Positions 43,179 to 54,134 of a stretch of DNA of 64,000 nt are shown here, one piece after another. The first letter of the stretch is position 1; each line of letters starts with the position of its first letter. The stretch comes from Spirochaetaceae bacterium (lineage in GTDB: Bacteria > Spirochaetota > Spirochaetia > DSM-2461). The notes under the pieces were generated by a model. It saw only the letters and a program-made list of their open reading frames with translations, did no database searches and had not been told where the DNA came from. The translations under genes and the position numbers were made by a program. The stretch covers positions 1,248,001 through 1,312,000 of the forward strand of contig OZ245056.1 in assembly GCA_965224705.1 (NCBI GenBank), read 5' to 3'.

Positions 43179-46100
43179 AAATAGGTCAGTTTTCAGTTAA
43201 AAATCCAGTTCTCATCAATATTATTATGTTTGCATTACTCGTTATGGGAACTATTACCCTTTTTAGAATTCCCAAGGAATTGTTTGCTGAAGTACCGTTT
43301 TATTTTGTTGTAATACAGGTTCCCTGGCCAGGTGTATCAGCCCAGGAAGTGGAGCAGCAACTGACGATTCCAATAGAAAATGAAATGCAGGGCCTGGATG
43401 ATCTGGATTCTGTTACCTCCTTCAGTACTGAAGGTATTTCCATCGTCAGTGTTCGATTTAATGATGGTATAAGCAGGAATCGTTTCGATAAGCTTACAAC
43501 GGATGTGAATAATCGGTTTTCGAAGGTTTCCCTGCCGGATGATACAATAGATCCTTCTGTCGATACATTTTCCTCCAATGACTTTGCTCCTGTTATTGAA
43601 ATAATTCTTTCTGGAAACGTCGGTTATGAAGAACTAGTTAAAACAGCAGAAGTGCTTGAAAGTCCATTGCTTCGAATACCGGAAGTCGATGATATAGATC
43701 TTATCGGTGTTAGAGACAGGCAAATTGTTCTTTCAACAGACCGGGCGGCCCTTGAATCACGGAGTATTTCCCTGAATGAAATGCTTCAGGCCATCAAGTC
43801 GCGCAATGTCAATGTTCCAGGAGGAACATTGAAAACGAATACTCGAAATTATCTTGTGCGTACCATGGGTGAGATAGATGAAATTGAAGACTTCGGCGAT
43901 GTCGTTATCCGCCGAACAGCGGATATCAATGGTTCAGTCAGGGTCAGGGATGTTGCAGAAGTCATGGATGAGTATGATCCGGATGGATCTCAAGTTCGTT
44001 TCGATGGCGATACCGCTGTTATGCTCAGAGTAATAAAGATCCCCAGTGGGGGTTCTATAAGAATTATAGAATCTGTAAAAGAAGTGATGAATGAATGGGA
44101 TGACAGAATTCCCAATGATATAAAAGTGAGTTATCTCAATGACTCATCGGTTTATATTAAATCCAGCATGAAAATACTGCTGATTAATGCCTTGATTGGA
44201 TTGATCTTTCTTATTGTGATTCTGCTCATTTTCATTGGATTCAGGAATGCAATAATCACAGCACTGGGTATTCCTGTCACATTTGCTATTACATTGATCA
44301 TCCTGGAACTGACGGGTCAAACTTTTAATACGAACACTCTTTTCGGCATGATTCTTGTTTTAGGACTTGTTGTGGATCATGCTATTGTCATCATTGAGAA
44401 CAGTTTTCGTTTTCGTCAATTGAATCTCAATCGACATGATGCGGCAATAAGGGGAACCAACCAGGTAGCCATACCGGTTATTGCAGCCACAGCAACCACA
44501 GTTGCGGCGTTTCTTCCACTCATGATACTGCCGGGAGTAATGGGGAAGTTTTTAAGGGTAATTCCATTCACGGTAACCATCGCACTTGTCGCTTCTACAG
44601 CGGAAGCTCTTCTGTTTTTACCATCGCATTATGCTGATTGGCCCGAAGGCCGGAAGACAAAACTGGAAGGAAAAATATTCAAAGCATTCCGTTCCCGATT
44701 TCGCCGCCTTTCAGCCAAAACATACAGATGGAAAAAACTGACGGTACTGCTTACAATTCTTTTCATGTTTGCATCTTTTGGATTGATTCCTTTACTTCAG
44801 CAGGATTTATTCAGTGATGAAGATATTGCCACGTTTTATGTAGATTGCACAATGTCCCCGGGTACACCCATCCATAAAACCAATCAGGTTATCAGCAAGT
44901 TTGAGGAAAGACTTCTCCCGTTAGTTGGGAATGGGGAAGTAAAGGCCATTACAACATCCGTGGGTTTCATGGCGGGAGAAACAGGAAACTCAGAGGGGGC
45001 TTCCGTTGCCCAGATTTCAGTGTTCCTTGTTGAAAAAGACCAGGGAAGGGAGCGTTCCGTTTCCACGATTCTTGCCGAGGTAGAAGAATTAACGAATGAT
45101 ATACTGGGGCCGGAAAAAGTTCTTTACAGAAAAATCAATAGCGGACCACCAACAGATCCCCCTGTGTCGTTCAGAATCTTCGGTAACAGCTATGATGATC
45201 TTCTGGTTGTAGCGGATCGCATACGAAGTGAACTGGCTGAGGAAGAAGAAATTTTTAACATCCAGGACAATTATGAGATGGGCTCCCAGGAAATGGTAAT
45301 CCAGGTGAATGAGGAAAGGGCCACATCATTTGGACTATCAGTTTCATCCGTCGGGCAGTATATCCGCTCCTCAGTGGAAGAAATTAAGGCGACAACTTTC
45401 TTTAAAGACAACGAAACAATAGATGTAATCGTCAGATTTTCTGATGCAGGAAACTATGATCCCAGTTTTTTGAGCCAGTCAAGAATCATCTCCCCAAAGG
45501 GTATAGCCGTTCCTTTATCTGCGGTTGCAGAAGTGATAAGCGGGGATTCACTTGCTTCAATCAAGCGTTTCGATGGGCGCCGCGAAATAACTGTTACAGC
45601 GGATGCGTATTCTAAAAGAAACGTTCCCTCCATCAACGAGCGGGTAAAGGAGATCTGGTCAGCAGAGTATTCCAGCCGCTACCCAGATGTCGAATTAACC
45701 GTTGGCGGAGAATTCGCAGAATTCAACAATCTTCTGATCAAAATCGCCCGATTATTTCTGGTTGGTATCTTCCTGATATATATCATCCTTGGTACTCAGT
45801 TCAGGAGCTATTTACAGCCATTTCTTATTATGTTCTCTGTTCCGCTGGCATTTTCAGGAGTTGTAATCTATCTCACAGTAACAGGAACTTTGTTCAGTAT
45901 TCCGGTTCTCTATGCCGGTGTGGCACTGGCTGGAATTGCTGTCAATGACGCCATTGTTTTAATCAGCTTCATCAATGAGAAACGCCGAGAAGGCCTATCG
46001 GTTAAGGATGCAGTTCTGGACGCAGCAGAAACCCGTTTTCGCCCGATTCTGTTGACCAGTCTCACTACAATCGCCGGACTGGCTCCAACAGCATTTGGAA

Positions 46101-46261
46101 TCGGCGGAAAATCTATTTCATGGGGCCCCATGGCAGGAACAATAGTATTCGGACTGATTTTTTCAACTCTGGCAACCCTGGTCTTTATACCGGCATTTTA
46201 CGGAATGCTGTTTGATCGAAGTTCAAAGAAAAAGGTAGAATCAATTGAAACAACAGCGTAA
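43175..46261 (+). CDS. RND efflux permease (AcrB family)
   Basis: 1028 aa; PGVSAQEVE, GLVVDHAIVIIEN, GIAVNDAIVLI and RFRPILLTSLTT motifs. Confidence 0.93.
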   Translation: MKIGQFSVKNPVLINIIMFALLVMGTITLFRIPKELFAEVPFYFVVIQVPWPGVSAQEVEQQLTIPIENEMQGLDDLDSVTSFSTEGISIVSVRFNDGISRNRFDKLTTDVNNRFSKVSLPDDTIDPSVDTFSSNDFAPVIEIILSGNVGYEELVKTAEVLESPLLRIPEVDDIDLIGVRDRQIVLSTDRAALESRSISLNEMLQAIKSRNVNVPGGTLKTNTRNYLVRTMGEIDEIEDFGDVVIRRTADINGSVRVRDVAEVMDEYDPDGSQVRFDGDTAVMLRVIKIPSGGSIRIIESVKEVMNEWDDRIPNDIKVSYLNDSSVYIKSSMKILLINALIGLIFLIVILLIFIGFRNAIITALGIPVTFAITLIILELTGQTFNTNTLFGMILVLGLVVDHAIVIIENSFRFRQLNLNRHDAAIRGTNQVAIPVIAATATTVAAFLPLMILPGVMGKFLRVIPFTVTIALVASTAEALLFLPSHYADWPEGRKTKLEGKIFKAFRSRFRRLSAKTYRWKKLTVLLTILFMFASFGLIPLLQQDLFSDEDIATFYVDCTMSPGTPIHKTNQVISKFEERLLPLVGNGEVKAITTSVGFMAGETGNSEGASVAQISVFLVEKDQGRERSVSTILAEVEELTNDILGPEKVLYRKINSGPPTDPPVSFRIFGNSYDDLLVVADRIRSELAEEEEIFNIQDNYEMGSQEMVIQVNEERATSFGLSVSSVGQYIRSSVEEIKATTFFKDNETIDVIVRFSDAGNYDPSFLSQSRIISPKGIAVPLSAVAEVISGDSLASIKRFDGRREITVTADAYSKRNVPSINERVKEIWSAEYSSRYPDVELTVGGEFAEFNNLLIKIARLFLVGIFLIYIILGTQFRSYLQPFLIMFSVPLAFSGVVIYLTVTGTLFSIPVLYAGVALAGIAVNDAIVLISFINEKRREGLSVKDAVLDAAETRFRPILLTSLTTIAGLAPTAFGIGGKSISWGPMAGTIVFGLIFSTLATLVFIPAFYGMLFDRSSKKKVESIETTA

Positions 46262-47024
46262 CAGTCGACATTATCGAATATGGCCAGTATTTTTGATTTT
46301 TTTCCCCATTTTTGAAGTCTTTGCCCATGATACTCCAGCGGTGGATTTATCAGATACTGATCAGATAGCAGTTGAAACCGGAATGGCTCTTTTTGAGCGG
46401 GCCAGTAATGAGGTCTGGGCGAACAATGCCCCTCTTGAGAGCACGATGACTCTTCTTGATCATGCGGAAGAGAGCTTTTCTGCTCTAAGAGACAATGCTG
46501 CGAAAAATTACTTTCTTGCTCAGGTGGAAATCTATCGAGGGAGGATCACCTATATAACGTCAACGAAATCAAGGGCCCGCCCATATTTTTCGAGGGCGAT
46601 GGAGCTGGCCGAGGAATCTGTCAATGAAAGGGAGAGTTCTGACGGCTACAGGGTTCTTGCCTCGGCCGGGGCTTCCTGGATGTCAACAAAAGGCCTGGCA
46701 GGTATAATGGAGATGAGCCAGAAAGTAAAGGAGTGGTCGGATACAGCCCTGGAAATCGATCCTCGAAATGCCCTGGCAGCGGTAATCAATGCCCAGGGAC
46801 TTATCCATGCGCCCAGATTTGCAGGCGGAGATCCAGAAGAGGCCATACGCCGATTATCCATTCAACTCAGGCGGCAGGATCTCTCTGATATTGAACGATT
46901 TCAAACCCTTCTGGGATTAGCCCAGGCCCACAAAAAACTTCGACAGAACGAAGATTTTCTTTTGCGATGTAATGATGCCAGACTGATTTTCCCTGAGAAT
47001 CGTATGCTGAAAGCCTGTAAGTAG
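46245..47024 (+). CDS. Exported helical (TPR-like) hypothetical protein
   Basis: Signal-like N-terminus and ALEIDPRNA TPR-like pattern; overlaps the RND permease end. Confidence 0.6.
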   Translation: MKQQRNSRHYRIWPVFLIFFPIFEVFAHDTPAVDLSDTDQIAVETGMALFERASNEVWANNAPLESTMTLLDHAEESFSALRDNAAKNYFLAQVEIYRGRITYITSTKSRARPYFSRAMELAEESVNERESSDGYRVLASAGASWMSTKGLAGIMEMSQKVKEWSDTALEIDPRNALAAVINAQGLIHAPRFAGGDPEEAIRRLSIQLRRQDLSDIERFQTLLGLAQAHKKLRQNEDFLLRCNDARLIFPENRMLKACK

Positions 47025-47094
47025 AATTGAGTGTCCGAAAGCCTGTAGAGATGAAATGAAGAGACCGCCTCTACAGATGATGGTGAAAGAGAGA

Positions 47095-48597
47095 CTAATC
47101 CGGCAGTCTATCACTCACTTCTGTTATATCTCTTAAATCCTCCGCTGTTTTTTTGCTTATTTCATCTTTTGATATCCGCCAGGTCCAGTTTCCATGAGAT
47201 GTTCCAGGTGTATTGAATCGAGCGTCACTTCCCAGACCTGAAATGTCCTGTATGGGTATTACAGCCAGATTTGCAGCAGATTTCATTGCCGCGAGTACGA
47301 TGGCTTTTGCAAATTCCCTGCTGCTGATATCAGAAGACAGCTTCAAGTACTTTTGTGCGGTTAATCTATTGGACTCGGAAGTAGAATCATACCATCCGGC
47401 ACAGGTGTCATTGTCATGAGTTCCTGTGTACACAATACAGTTCTGGGTGTAGAGATGGGGAAGGTAGTTGTTTTCTTCGGATGAATCAAAGGCGAATTGG
47501 AGAACTTTCATGCCGGGAAAGTCAAATTCCTTCATCAGTGCAGTGACGTCTTCGGTAATTATGCCCAGGTCTTCAGCGATGATGGGAGGAGTTCCAAGGA
47601 CATCTCTAACATGTTGAAAGAGTTTTTGTCCCGGGGATGGAATCCACGTACCATTAACGGCGGTTTGTTCTCCGCAGGGGATGGCCCAACAGGCAGCAAA
47701 ACCCCGAAAATGGTCGATTCTTAAAACATCGTATTGTTCCAGTTTGTTTTTTAAGACTGATATCCACCAGGAAAAATTGTTTTCTTCCATAGTTTCCCAG
47801 TTGTACAGGGGATTGCCCCACCGCTGACCTGTTGCACTGAAATAGTCTGGCGGTACTCCGGAGACAAGGGTTGGACTTCTGTTTTGATCAAGAAGGAAGA
47901 GTTCTGGCCGGGACCAGCAGTCAGAAGAGTCACTGGATACAAAGATGGGCTGGTCACCAATGATTTTTATTCCCCTGCTGGAAGCCGCTTTTTTAATTGT
48001 CTTCCACTGCTTATCGAAGATATACTGTATAAAGGAATGATATTCAACAGAAGGGGAAAGTTTTTCCCTCATGGAATCGATGGCTGATGGTTCTTTGAAC
48101 CTGAGTGATTCTGGCCATTGATCCCATGGCTGTCCACCCTGGTTCGTTTTGATGGCCATAAACAGGCAGTAGTCATCAAGCCAGGAGGCATTTTTCTCCC
48201 GGAAGCATTTAAAATCAGCGGACTCTACTACTTCGCTGGACTGCTGCCAGGCCTTGTAAAGAATCGCTGCTTTCAATGGGATGAGTTTTCCATAGTCAAC
48301 CCTCCCCGGCGGAAATCTGGAAAGAGAAACCAGGTCATTTTTTTCCAGAAGTCCCAGCTCAATGAGATTTTCAAGGTCGATAAGATTTGGATTTCCGGCA
48401 AAGGCACTGAAACCCTGATATGGAGAGTCTCCATATCCTGTTGGAACAAGAGGACAGATTTGCCAGTAGCTTTGTCCGGCTTCCTGGAGCCAATCCAGGA
48501 ATACATGGGCTTGTTTACCAAGTGTTCCTATACCAGACTGACCCGGAAGGGCTGTGGGATGAAGGAGAATGCCACTTCTGCGAGGGAAATTGCTCAT
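47095..48597 (-). CDS. malQ: 4-alpha-glucanotransferase (GH77)
   Basis: SGILLHPT, GVPPDYFS, RIDHFRGF, IIAEDLG and YTGTHDN motifs. Confidence 0.95.
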   Translation of the reverse strand: MSNFPRRSGILLHPTALPGQSGIGTLGKQAHVFLDWLQEAGQSYWQICPLVPTGYGDSPYQGFSAFAGNPNLIDLENLIELGLLEKNDLVSLSRFPPGRVDYGKLIPLKAAILYKAWQQSSEVVESADFKCFREKNASWLDDYCLFMAIKTNQGGQPWDQWPESLRFKEPSAIDSMREKLSPSVEYHSFIQYIFDKQWKTIKKAASSRGIKIIGDQPIFVSSDSSDCWSRPELFLLDQNRSPTLVSGVPPDYFSATGQRWGNPLYNWETMEENNFSWWISVLKNKLEQYDVLRIDHFRGFAACWAIPCGEQTAVNGTWIPSPGQKLFQHVRDVLGTPPIIAEDLGIITEDVTALMKEFDFPGMKVLQFAFDSSEENNYLPHLYTQNCIVYTGTHDNDTCAGWYDSTSESNRLTAQKYLKLSSDISSREFAKAIVLAAMKSAANLAVIPIQDISGLGSDARFNTPGTSHGNWTWRISKDEISKKTAEDLRDITEVSDRLPD

Positions 48598-49148
48598 AGT
48601 GTCTGCTCTTCCAATCTGGAGACAGTATCGGAAAAGATCTCAAAATTCGATTCAGAGAAGAATACTAACGTAATCTTTTCAGGTAGATGATGTTTGAGAA
48701 TCCAATCTGTTAGAACAGACCAGACGACTGCTGCCGCTTTGTCATGGGGGTAGCCATACACACCTGTGGAAATTGAAGGAAAGGCCAGCGTTTTCATACC
48801 CGTTTCGGCTGCCTTTTCAAGAGAGTTTCGATAGGCATCGGCCAGAAGTTTATCCTCGCCTTTCTTTCCTCCAGACCATACCGGCCCAACAGTATGAATG
48901 ACATATCGACAGGGCAGGTTTCCGGAACCAGTTACAACGGCCTGACCGACAGGGAGCCCCGCACGCAGTGTTGAGTTCCTCAATTTGCGGCATTCATCCA
49001 GTATGGCTGAACCGCCCGCACGATGAATGGCACCATCCACCCCTCCTCCCCCCAGAAGGGAGGAATTGGCAGCATTAACAATGCCATCCCCCTGAAAAAC
49101 TGTTATATCACTTATCAAAGCTTCCAATCGCCCATCATACCATTTCAT
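48594..49148 (-). CDS. Macrodomain O-acetyl-ADP-ribose deacetylase (YmdB-like)
   Basis: IVNAANSSLLGGGGVDGAIH, IHTVGPVW and FPSISTGVYGYP motifs. Confidence 0.93.
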   Translation of the reverse strand: MKWYDGRLEALISDITVFQGDGIVNAANSSLLGGGGVDGAIHRAGGSAILDECRKLRNSTLRAGLPVGQAVVTGSGNLPCRYVIHTVGPVWSGGKKGEDKLLADAYRNSLEKAAETGMKTLAFPSISTGVYGYPHDKAAAVVWSVLTDWILKHHLPEKITLVFFSESNFEIFSDTVSRLEEQTL

Positions 49149-49229
49149 AAGACATTACTCCTGAAAGATACTGACATGAAAATGGATATTGATCCATTCA
49201 GAGAATCATGATAAATTGTTTTTATCTCT

Positions 49230-49303
49230 GGGGGGTTAGCTCAGTTGGCTAGAGCGGTTGGTTCGCAATCAACAGGTCGTCGGTTCGAATCCGATATCCT
49301 CCA
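49230..49303 (+). tRNA. tRNA-Ala (CGC)
   Basis: Cloverleaf with G3:U70 pair, anticodon loop TT-CGC-AA and T-loop TTCGAAT; CCA not encoded. Confidence 0.93.
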
Positions 49304-49397
49304 ATTTGGAAAGTTGTCCATGACAACAAGTCATCCCTTTCACATTGCTGGTTGCTCCCATGTTTGTTTGCACAGCTGATTGAATTGACCGTGACAG

Positions 49398-50243
49398 ATG
49401 AAGGAAGCAGATCAGATGCAGGAAAACGATAGCCCATTACTATTACAGGAAATCAGCCGCTACATATATGAACAAAGTGGAATTTATTTTTCAGATCTGA
49501 ATATGGTTCTTTTAAAAAGTAAACTGAAAGAACGCTTAAAGATCTTGAACAACGAAACAGTAGCGGCGTATCTTGACCGATTACAGACGGATAATGAAGA
49601 ATTAATAGACTTTCTGGATGCGATTACAACGAATCTTACCAGCTTTTTCAGAAATACAGGCCATTACAAGACATTTGTACAATATGTTATTCCCAAACTG
49701 ATTGAGCAGAAGCCCCTGTCACACAGCTATCATGTAAGGCTGTGGAGTGCCGGTTGTTCTACAGGGGAAGAATCCTATACAAGTGCCATGGTTCTCCAGG
49801 AACATCTGCCAGCCCACTGGACATTTGATGTGATTGCCTCTGACCTCAGCCTGAAATCGCTGGAAATAGCGCAAAATGGATTCTATCCTGAATCGAAATT
49901 GAAAAAAGTGCCTGAAAACTACCGTGAGAAATACTTTGTTCACCATGATGAAGGCTGTGCCGTGAAGGATTTCATCAAAAAGAAGGTAACATTTGATTAC
50001 CATAACCTGAACTTTGAATCAGGATATCGAAACTTTGATGTCGTATTCTGCCGCAATGTATTAATCTACTTTGACAATAACTCTCAGAGAAATCTGATCA
50101 ACCATATATGGAAGACAATGTCAGATCTTTCTTACCTGTTTATAGGACATTCTGAATCGTTATTCGGAATGGATACATCGTTTGAGTACATTGAAACTGA
50201 TAACGGATGTTTGTACAAAAAAATTGTCCCTGAGGAGAATTGA
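49398..50243 (+). CDS. cheR: Chemotaxis methyltransferase CheR
   Basis: TTNLTSFFR, WSAGCSTGEE, FCRNVLIYF and IGHSES motifs. Confidence 0.95.
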   Translation: MKEADQMQENDSPLLLQEISRYIYEQSGIYFSDLNMVLLKSKLKERLKILNNETVAAYLDRLQTDNEELIDFLDAITTNLTSFFRNTGHYKTFVQYVIPKLIEQKPLSHSYHVRLWSAGCSTGEESYTSAMVLQEHLPAHWTFDVIASDLSLKSLEIAQNGFYPESKLKKVPENYREKYFVHHDEGCAVKDFIKKKVTFDYHNLNFESGYRNFDVVFCRNVLIYFDNNSQRNLINHIWKTMSDLSYLFIGHSESLFGMDTSFEYIETDNGCLYKKIVPEEN

Positions 50244-51377
50244 GTGAATTCTATAAAAGTACTCATCGTTGATGACTCTGCATTGATGCGGGGAATTATT
50301 GTAAAAATGCTGGAAAAAGATAAGGCAATCACTGTTTCCGCCGTGGCAACAAATGGCATGCATGCACTGCGAAAAATGCAATACCACTCTCCAGATGTCA
50401 TAATACTTGATCTGGAGATGCCGGAACTTGACGGTATTGGATTTCTAAAGGAAAGAAAGAAACGCAATTGGAACATCCCGGTCATAATCCTTTCTTCGCT
50501 GGCAAAAAGAGGGGCTGCAATCACCATTGAGGCCCTGGCCCTTGGCGCATCAGATTTTGTAACAAAACCAGCAGGTACAAAGCCGAATGAAATAAAAGCA
50601 ACTGAGACAATACTCCTTGATATGGTAAAAGCATTGGGTAAAACGTACAGAAGGAAGCAAATTGATTCAGGCCATTCCTCAAGTCTTATGGATAAGGAAG
50701 AAGAGGGAAATCAAGACCAGGGAACCGCCTCCTACCCTCAATGGCCTGCATTGAAGCCCATCACGCCATTTGGAACTCCAAGAATAATTGTTATCGGAAT
50801 CTCTACTGGAGGACCTGATGCACTCAGACAGCTTTTCAGTCGTATTTCACCTGATATCACGGTTCCGATTGTTGTTGTACAGCACATGCCGGCAGGTTTT
50901 ACTCATGAGTTTGCTAAAAGTCTTGACAGTATATGCCCCTTGAGAGTGAAAGAAGCTGAAAGCGGCGATCTCCTCAAAGCAGGCAGAGTTCTGATTGCTC
51001 CTGGTAATAAGCATATTATTGTTGAGAACCGTTCCCTTGGTACTATTGTACGAACAGAGGGCGGTGAAAAAAGAAATGGTCACAAGCCGTCGGTTGGTAT
51101 CTTGTTTGATTCCGTTGCCAAAACATTCGGGAATGCAGCCATCGCCGTCATTATGACCGGTATGGGTATAGATGGTTCCAGGGAAATTGGAAACATATAT
51201 GCGGAAGGTGGTATGACCATAGCCCAGGACGAAAAAAGCTCAGTTGTTTATGGGATGCCGATGGCAGCAGTCGCCCATGGATACATCTCCAGGGTAGAAA
51301 ACCTGGAAGGTATTATCAATGTGGTGAATGAACTGTGCAAATGCTCGCCTGACTCTCCTCGCTCCAGCCATCTATGA
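50244..51377 (+). CDS. cheB: Chemotaxis methylesterase CheB
   Basis: Receiver domain (VDDS, DLEMP) plus GISTGGP, VQHMP and MTGMGIDG motifs. Confidence 0.95.
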   Translation: MNSIKVLIVDDSALMRGIIVKMLEKDKAITVSAVATNGMHALRKMQYHSPDVIILDLEMPELDGIGFLKERKKRNWNIPVIILSSLAKRGAAITIEALALGASDFVTKPAGTKPNEIKATETILLDMVKALGKTYRRKQIDSGHSSSLMDKEEEGNQDQGTASYPQWPALKPITPFGTPRIIVIGISTGGPDALRQLFSRISPDITVPIVVVQHMPAGFTHEFAKSLDSICPLRVKEAESGDLLKAGRVLIAPGNKHIIVENRSLGTIVRTEGGEKRNGHKPSVGILFDSVAKTFGNAAIAVIMTGMGIDGSREIGNIYAEGGMTIAQDEKSSVVYGMPMAAVAHGYISRVENLEGIINVVNELCKCSPDSPRSSHL

Positions 51378-51452
51378 GTACCTGAAAACAGCAAATTAAT
51401 GACGAAATTTCCGCCTGCCTGCGTGCAGTATACAGGCAGGCAAAAGCGAGTA

Positions 51453-51481
51453 TTGACAAATCATTGTTTGATCTGTATGCT
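51453..51481 (+). promoter_or_regulatory. Putative sigma70 promoter
   Basis: TTGACA-17 bp-TATGCT upstream of the GGAGG RBS of the ABC ATPase gene. Confidence 0.7.
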
Positions 51482-51514
51482 GTAACCATAAAATAAAGCC
51501 CTTAGAAGGGAGGT

Positions 51515-52621
51515 ATGCTTATGGCAGAAGTGAATTTAAAGGATATCACCAAAATCTATGATGGTGGAATCAAAGCAGTCGACAAAGCCAACATTGATAT
51601 CAAAGATCAGGAATTTGTCGTTCTCGTCGGACCCTCAGGTTGTGGTAAATCTACAACTCTTCGGATGATTGCCGGTTTGGAAGATATTTCCGATGGCGAA
51701 TTACTTATAGACGGTAAATTGATGAATGATGAGGCCCCGAAAGACAGGGATATCGCCATGGTTTTCCAGAACTATGCACTCTACCCTCACATGTCCGTCT
51801 ATGAAAACATGGCATTTGGCTTGCGTATCCGCAAATTCCCAAAAGCAGAAATTGATGCTCGTGTAAAAGAAGCCGCTCAGATTCTTGACATTGAAGAACT
51901 CCTTGAGCGTAAACCGAAAGCACTCTCTGGCGGCCAGAGACAGCGTGTTGCGGTTGGGCGGGCCATTGTTCGAAAACCCAAGGTTTTTCTCTTTGATGAA
52001 CCTCTTTCCAATCTGGATGCCAAGCTTCGAGTGCAGATGAGGGCTGAAATCTCTTCACTGCATACACGACTGGAAGCAACCATGGTGTATGTAACCCATG
52101 ATCAAATTGAAGCTATGACGATGGGAGACAAAATTGTCGTGATGAAAAGCGGACTGATTCAGCAAATTGGGTCGCCATTAGAACTGTACAACAAGCCTGT
52201 CAATCGATTTGTTGCAGGATTCATGGGAACTCCCCCGATGAATATTGGAGTTGCGGACATCGTTGAAGAAAATGGAAAGATTATGGCCAAAGAAGAAGGA
52301 ATGGTTGTGGTCTTCCCAAAGAGCAGGCATGAATTGCTCAAACCCTATGTAGGAAAAAGAATTCTGCTGGGAGTCCGGTCAGAAGATCTCACTTTCACTA
52401 AGAAACCGACGGAAAACAATCTACGGGCATCAGTCACCGTAATTGAACCCCTTGGAAATGAAACGCATCTTTACCTGAATACGAAAGAGAATCAGTATAT
52501 TGCCCGGGCTCTTCCAGAGAATGAGTTCAACGTTGGGGATGAAGTGGATTTCACCCCCAGCATAGACAAGGTACATCTGTTTGATTACGAGACAGAGATG
52601 TCTCTTCTTCACTCCGAGTAG
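51515..52621 (+). CDS. Sugar ABC transporter ATPase (MsmX/MalK/UgpC type)
   Basis: GPSGCGKST, VFQNYALYPH, LSGGQRQR, DEPLSNLDA and a TOBE-like tail. Confidence 0.93.
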   Translation: MLMAEVNLKDITKIYDGGIKAVDKANIDIKDQEFVVLVGPSGCGKSTTLRMIAGLEDISDGELLIDGKLMNDEAPKDRDIAMVFQNYALYPHMSVYENMAFGLRIRKFPKAEIDARVKEAAQILDIEELLERKPKALSGGQRQRVAVGRAIVRKPKVFLFDEPLSNLDAKLRVQMRAEISSLHTRLEATMVYVTHDQIEAMTMGDKIVVMKSGLIQQIGSPLELYNKPVNRFVAGFMGTPPMNIGVADIVEENGKIMAKEEGMVVVFPKSRHELLKPYVGKRILLGVRSEDLTFTKKPTENNLRASVTVIEPLGNETHLYLNTKENQYIARALPENEFNVGDEVDFTPSIDKVHLFDYETEMSLLHSE

Positions 52622-52636
52622 AGTTTCTCGTTTTAC

Positions 52637-52710
52637 TACGCCCAAGAGGATTCGAACCTCTGACCCTCGGCTTAGAAGGCCGATGCTCTATCCAGCTGAG
52701 CTATGGGCGC
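52637..52710 (-). tRNA. tRNA-Arg (TCT)
   Basis: Reverse complement GCGCCCATAGCTCAGCTGGATAGAGCA-TCGGC-CTTCTAA-GCCGA...GGTTCGAATCC...TGGGCGTA. Confidence 0.93.
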
Positions 52711-52746
52711 TCAAAGCAGTCATTCTATAAAAATACCCTGGAAGTG

Positions 52747-54120
52747 TTAAGATCCGGAGAAGATGGAAATGGGACATCCTGCCAACTTATTCAGTGAGCT
52801 ATCAACAACCCTGCGCCGTTTATTCATCTCAGCGGCTATTTCTTCCATTCCGGATCGGGCAATATCCAGACGAAGATTTCCCGGCGTACCGGTACTTGTT
52901 CTCTCGGCAATAGCGGCGGTCGGATTCTTCCCGGCAAATTTCTCAGGGTGAGTTCCCACCTCCAGATAGGCTTCACGAAAGCTCATTCCCTTTGCAGCCA
53001 GGGCTATTGCCGCATCAGTGGCAAAAATACTCCGGTCAAACGATTCCAGTAATCGGCTGGAATTCACCTGGAGGTTTCTCATTGTTAAACCAGACACTTC
53101 CAGCATATCCAGAACTGTATCAACGGAGCTCAATGTGGGGCCTTTCGTTTCCTGATAATCGCGGTTATATCCTGAAGGAAGGGAGCGGACAATGTTTTTT
53201 ACCTGGGTTGACCAGGCCCCTATTGAAGCGGCTTTAGCACGCATGATTTCTAATCCGTCAGGATTACGCTTTTGAGGCATGATGGATGACCCGGTGCAAA
53301 GATCGGGGGGAAGAGTAAACCAGCCAAATTCAGGCATGGAGAAAAGAATGATATCCGCAGCCAGTTTTGAAAGGGTAAGGGCAATCTGTTCTGTGCCATC
53401 AATCAACCGGGATTCAAACTTCCCCCGGCAAAGACCACTATATGCCGCATTGTTCTGCACTCTGGCAAAACCCAGCAGTGACGCTGTCATTTCCCGATTC
53501 AGGGGTAATGGAACACCGTAACCCGCTCCCGTACCCAGTGGGCACTGGTTGAAATAACTGTAGCTGACGGCAATTCCTCGAACATCATCCAGAAGTTGTT
53601 CCGCAAATCCTCCTGCCCAGAGGCCCACAGTAGAAGGCATGGCCGGCTGCATATGTGTTCGGCCGGGCATCGGTATGCCCTTATTCTTTTCGGCAAAGTC
53701 TAAAAGGTCTGCAACAATCCGGGTCCCTGTTTCTACGAGATGGAAGATGGCCGAACGCATCCATATACGCATGGCCGTGAGAGCCTGATCATTTCGGCTT
53801 CGTCCAAGGTGAATACGGTTTCCAGGATCGCCAACAAGTCTGACTAAACGGTTTTCCAGGGCCGTATGGCCATCCTCATCGGAGGCCTTGATATCGAATC
53901 GATTCTCCTCATTTTCTTTTAGAACATACCGCAACCCTTTTCTCAGTGCCCTGGCCTCTGAGGATGTGAGAAGGGTAATAGATTCCAGCATAATGACATG
54001 AGCTAAACTGCCCATTATATCCGCTGGAATCAGCCGTGCATCAAGGATGTAATCATTACCAACGGTGAATTCTTCCAGCAGGGGATTCAATCCATCTCCT
54101 TTCGACCATAGTTTGCTCAT
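52747..54120 (-). CDS. argH: Argininosuccinate lyase
   Basis: HLGRSRNDQ, MPGRTHMQPA, TGSSIMPQKRNPD and GYNRDYQETK motifs. Confidence 0.93.
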   Translation of the reverse strand: MSKLWSKGDGLNPLLEEFTVGNDYILDARLIPADIMGSLAHVIMLESITLLTSSEARALRKGLRYVLKENEENRFDIKASDEDGHTALENRLVRLVGDPGNRIHLGRSRNDQALTAMRIWMRSAIFHLVETGTRIVADLLDFAEKNKGIPMPGRTHMQPAMPSTVGLWAGGFAEQLLDDVRGIAVSYSYFNQCPLGTGAGYGVPLPLNREMTASLLGFARVQNNAAYSGLCRGKFESRLIDGTEQIALTLSKLAADIILFSMPEFGWFTLPPDLCTGSSIMPQKRNPDGLEIMRAKAASIGAWSTQVKNIVRSLPSGYNRDYQETKGPTLSSVDTVLDMLEVSGLTMRNLQVNSSRLLESFDRSIFATDAAIALAAKGMSFREAYLEVGTHPEKFAGKNPTAAIAERTSTGTPGNLRLDIARSGMEEIAAEMNKRRRVVDSSLNKLAGCPISIFSGS

Positions 54121-54134
54121 TGAGTTCCTCCTAG

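Noticed and set aside
49398..51377. cheR-cheB without cheA/cheW as a novel signalling system
   Set aside because: Stand-alone cheR-cheB pairs are common, and the partners are probably elsewhere in the genome.
51413..51441. GCCTGCCTG...CAGGCAGGC hairpin, with a similar motif at ~56759-56777, as a REP family
   Set aside because: There are only two imperfect copies, and both can be explained as gene-end hairpins.
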